DNA of 64,000 nt from a virus (Duplodnaviria > Caudoviricetes): IMG/VR virus record IMGVR_UViG_3300015263_000969, positions 1,440 to 65,439 of that record. The stretch is one strand, 5' to 3'. The notes under the pieces were generated by a model. The model worked only from the letters and a program-made list of their open reading frames with translations. It ran no database searches and was not told the origin of the DNA. A program made the position numbers and the translations under genes. Below are positions 61,433 through 64,000 of the stretch, piece by piece (the stretch's first letter is position 1; every line of letters begins with the position of its first letter).

Positions 61433-61700
61433 CCGTCACCGCCGTCACCACCGGATCCGGAGACTTCCGGAAAAACATCCGACACTGTTTTGCTCCTTAC
61501 TATTATTCTTCTTCTCTGAGAGAGAGAGAGAGAGTAGTGGTGACGGCGGTGACGGTGCCGGATGGTTACCTGATTACGCAAGGTTACTGCCGTCACCGTT
61601 CCCCGTCACCAAGTTCAGATGTCACCAGATCGAATCGGTGACGCCTCACGTAGACCCAGACGCGAGGCGTGCCGTCCCTGGTGACGGTTTGGCTCGATGT
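61433..61700. repeat. Probable replication origin: GTCACC/GGTGAC iterons, 19-bp perfect inverted repeat, AT-rich and (GA)n core
   Basis: CCGTCACCGCCGTCACCAC 61433-61451 vs its reverse complement 61537-61555; (GA)8G 61518-61534; more copies run into the 3' end of the primase gene. Confidence 0.65.
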
Positions 61701-63743
61701 GACGGCCGATGTGACGGCGCGCTTGCCGATTCGGCGCTGCACCCGCTCCCACCCGAGCTCGCCCAGGATGCGCGCAACACGCGCCTTCGCGCGCAGGTCC
61801 TGGTGCGGCGTCTCGACCTTCAGAACCGTATTCAGCAGGTCTGCGCACGACACCTCGGACACGTTCGGGTGGGAGATCCAGTCGGCGATCGGCTGCGTCC
61901 AGGGGTCATCCTCTGCGAACTCGCGGTTCGCCTCCTCGCGCTCGCGGTCCGCATCGCCAGCCAGCCACCACGACTCGCCGGCCTCGGCCGCGCACAGCGC
62001 CTCGGCCCAGAGCTGATCGCGCATCTCAGCGAGCAGCTCGCGCGGGATCGGCCGGCAGACCCGGATCACGTGGTAGCGGCGGCTTCCGGTGTCGTCCGTG
62101 AGGAACTGCCGGAGGTTTGTGGTCCCGCAGATGACGCACGAGCGCGGCTTCTTGATCGCCGCGCGCTGGTACGGCGGGCGGAACGTGTCGTGGCTCGAGG
62201 ACATCCACGCCTTCGTGCGGCTGTTGGCCTTGCCGGTGAAGACGTTCTCGAGCTCGGCGAACTCGTAGATCCACGCGGCATGGAGCTGGAGGATCGAATC
62301 CTTGTTCGTGATGTCGATGAAGCTGTCGACGAACCACTCGCCGCCGAGGATCGAGAAGAACGTCGACTTGAACAGGCCCTGATCGCCCTGGAGCATCAGC
62401 GCCGTGTCGAGCTTGCAGCCCGGCCACAGCACGCGCGCCGCGGCGCCGATCATGAACTTCCGCACCATGTCGGCGTGGAGCTCGCCGTCGGAGCCGAGAT
62501 AATCGCGCGCCATGCTCGCGAGGCGCGGCACGCCGTCCCAGTCGAGGCCGCGGAGGTACTGCAAGATCGGATGGAACGGCCGATCTTCGCAGCTCTTGAC
62601 GATCGCGGCTTCGACATCGGCCGGCGATGGGGTGTACCCGAGGCGCGCGCCGGCGTGGGCGCGGATGTCGTGGACGAGCGACGCCGGGACCGGACGCCCA
62701 TTGAAGTGCGGCGTCTCCGCGCGCATGTCCATCGACCAGCGGCCGCGGTAGTCGGGGAAGTAGCGGACGAAGACCAGCGTGTTGTGGAAGTCCTTCCTGA
62801 CCGATCTGTCCTTCTTCAGGAGCAGCATCGACATCCAGTTCTCTGGCTCGCCGCTCGGGGCGGCGGGGGGCGGCGGGGCTGCGCTCGATGCGACGAACGG
62901 CGCCCGGTCCTGGAGCAGGTAGCCGCGCTCGCGCGTGCATCGCTCGGCGACCGAGGAGAGCTTGTGCTCGATCTCGCGCTCGGACCACGGCGGGTCACAG
63001 CGCGGGTTGTACTCGTCGACGATGAGCCTGCGGGTCTCCTCGATCGTAAGGTCGAACCCGAGCATCACTGCGGCGACGGCGTTCCATGTCGTCGTGTGCC
63101 CGGACGCGCCGCTGATCGCCGCCGGCAGCTTCGCGAGGTAGCGCGAGGCGCGCGCGACGCGGTCAACGGGGCGCTGCGCGGGCGCCGGGACGCTGCGCAG
63201 CTTCGGCGGCTCGACGACCAGCGCCAGGATCGCGTCGGGGTCGATCGGCGCGCCGGTCAGCCGCTCGCCGCGCCAGGTACCGGCCGGCGCGCTTGGGTCG
63301 TACCAGAACCGCGAGGCGTCCTTGGTCTGCTGGTCGACCGGGCACGGGCTGCGCGTCGCGCCCCACTGCCAGATCCTGGCATACTCGTCCTTGCTCACTG
63401 CGCGCGCGAGCGGCAACACGACTCGGAGCCGGTGGCACACGTCGGTGTGGCCCTTCGTGGTGTAGATCGCGCCCATCGACGAGGCCCACGCCGTGTGGAT
63501 CGCGTCCCAGGTCGCGTCCTTGTCGTAGTCGAGGACGAGCGCCTGCACGAGGCGAACGTTGTCCTTGAGCCGCCTCGGCGGGTCGAAGATTGCCGGGCTC
63601 CACCCGGCGTGGTTCATCTGGCCGCGGAATCTGTCGGCCGGCTCGGCGACGAGCCAGTCGAGCCACTGGTCCCACGTGGTCTCGATCCGCTCGACAACGT
63701 CGGTCTGCGGAAGCGAGGCGAACTTGGCGATGCTCACCTGCAC
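61593..63743 (-). CDS. Primase-helicase (prim-pol-like N-terminus, VirE/VapE-type ATPase)
   Basis: LVLDYD, YTTKGH, RLRVVLPL; WDGVPRL, PGCKLD, GDQGLFKST, ICGTTN...FLTDDTGSRRY. Confidence 0.9.
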   Translation of the reverse strand: MQVSIAKFASLPQTDVVERIETTWDQWLDWLVAEPADRFRGQMNHAGWSPAIFDPPRRLKDNVRLVQALVLDYDKDATWDAIHTAWASSMGAIYTTKGHTDVCHRLRVVLPLARAVSKDEYARIWQWGATRSPCPVDQQTKDASRFWYDPSAPAGTWRGERLTGAPIDPDAILALVVEPPKLRSVPAPAQRPVDRVARASRYLAKLPAAISGASGHTTTWNAVAAVMLGFDLTIEETRRLIVDEYNPRCDPPWSEREIEHKLSSVAERCTRERGYLLQDRAPFVASSAAPPPPAAPSGEPENWMSMLLLKKDRSVRKDFHNTLVFVRYFPDYRGRWSMDMRAETPHFNGRPVPASLVHDIRAHAGARLGYTPSPADVEAAIVKSCEDRPFHPILQYLRGLDWDGVPRLASMARDYLGSDGELHADMVRKFMIGAAARVLWPGCKLDTALMLQGDQGLFKSTFFSILGGEWFVDSFIDITNKDSILQLHAAWIYEFAELENVFTGKANSRTKAWMSSSHDTFRPPYQRAAIKKPRSCVICGTTNLRQFLTDDTGSRRYHVIRVCRPIPRELLAEMRDQLWAEALCAAEAGESWWLAGDADREREEANREFAEDDPWTQPIADWISHPNVSEVSCADLLNTVLKVETPHQDLRAKARVARILGELGWERVQRRIGKRAVTSAVTSSQTVTRDGTPRVWVYVRRHRFDLVTSELGDGER

Positions 63744-64000
63744 GGCTCGGCCTCTATGCCGCGCAGCCACGCGCGCGCGTCATCGACGGACCGCAGCACG
63801 ACGTAGACGCCGCCCTTGCGCTCGACGAGCTGCTGGAACGTGCGCTGCTCCGGGCTCTGGCGACCCGTCGGCGTCTTGATCTCGATCGCGACGAACCGAC
63901 CACGGAAGATGCCGATCAGGTCGGCGCCGCCGGGCGTGCCGACGCCGTAGGCCACCCAGAACTTGCCCATCTTCGTCCGGCCGCAGTTGTTACGCCAGAG
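63734..64000 (-). CDS. VRR-NUC nuclease (5' truncated)
   Basis: WRNNCG...GGADLIG...FVAIEIKTPTGRQSPEQ. Confidence 0.88.
   Translation of the reverse strand, partial: LWRNNCGRTKMGKFWVAYGVGTPGGADLIGIFRGRFVAIEIKTPTGRQSPEQRTFQQLVERKGGVYVVLRSVDDARAWLRGIEAEPCR

Larger units (their letters stand above)
1..64000. mobile_element. Tailed dsDNA phage/prophage segment (siphovirus-like); both ends outside the window
   Basis: Colinear terminase-portal-protease-capsid-tail tube-tape measure-tail tip-lysin genes on the minus strand, plus primase/helicase and many small coupled ORFs; no host housekeeping genes seen. Confidence 0.95.

Noticed and set aside
1-64000. Integrase, att site, rRNA, tRNA, reverse transcriptase/DGR
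   Set aside because: No supporting motifs found by eye; prophage status is only inferred from the transposon insertion

Overview
The window is a large segment of a very GC-rich tailed (siphovirus-like) phage or prophage. A myxobacterial or similar high-GC host is only a guess, and no integrase or att site is visible. Reading right to left on the minus strand: VRR-NUC nuclease, primase/VirE helicase with a probable origin just downstream, adenine methylase, small and large terminase, portal, neck proteins, protease/scaffold, decoration protein, major capsid, tail tube, frameshifted tail chaperones, tape measure, distal tail, hub, a 1815-aa tail tip and a lysis cassette. Islands of small accessory genes repeatedly interrupt this backbone, and 1-12 kb is a plus-strand run of small genes. 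Four observations stand out. (1) A 4.6-kb cargo-carrying transposon (30312-34899) has IS903-like ends and a target duplication and splits a DUF3560-like gene. Inside it, a ParA ATPase, a SWIM-DDE transposase and an HTH gene lie downstream of six CTGCA-N4-CTGC repeats with unique spacers and an exact 28-bp period. (2) A probable late promoter, AAATCGCCCC-N16/17-(G/T)ANNNT, occurs seven times, six of them with the -10-like hexamer 5-6 nt before a structural-gene start (leaderless mRNA). (3) A second class of leaderless sigma70-type promoters drives the accessory islands, three sharing one operator. (4) Several tiny ORFs share protein and DNA modules. Protein family calls are from motif recognition by eye, not database searches.
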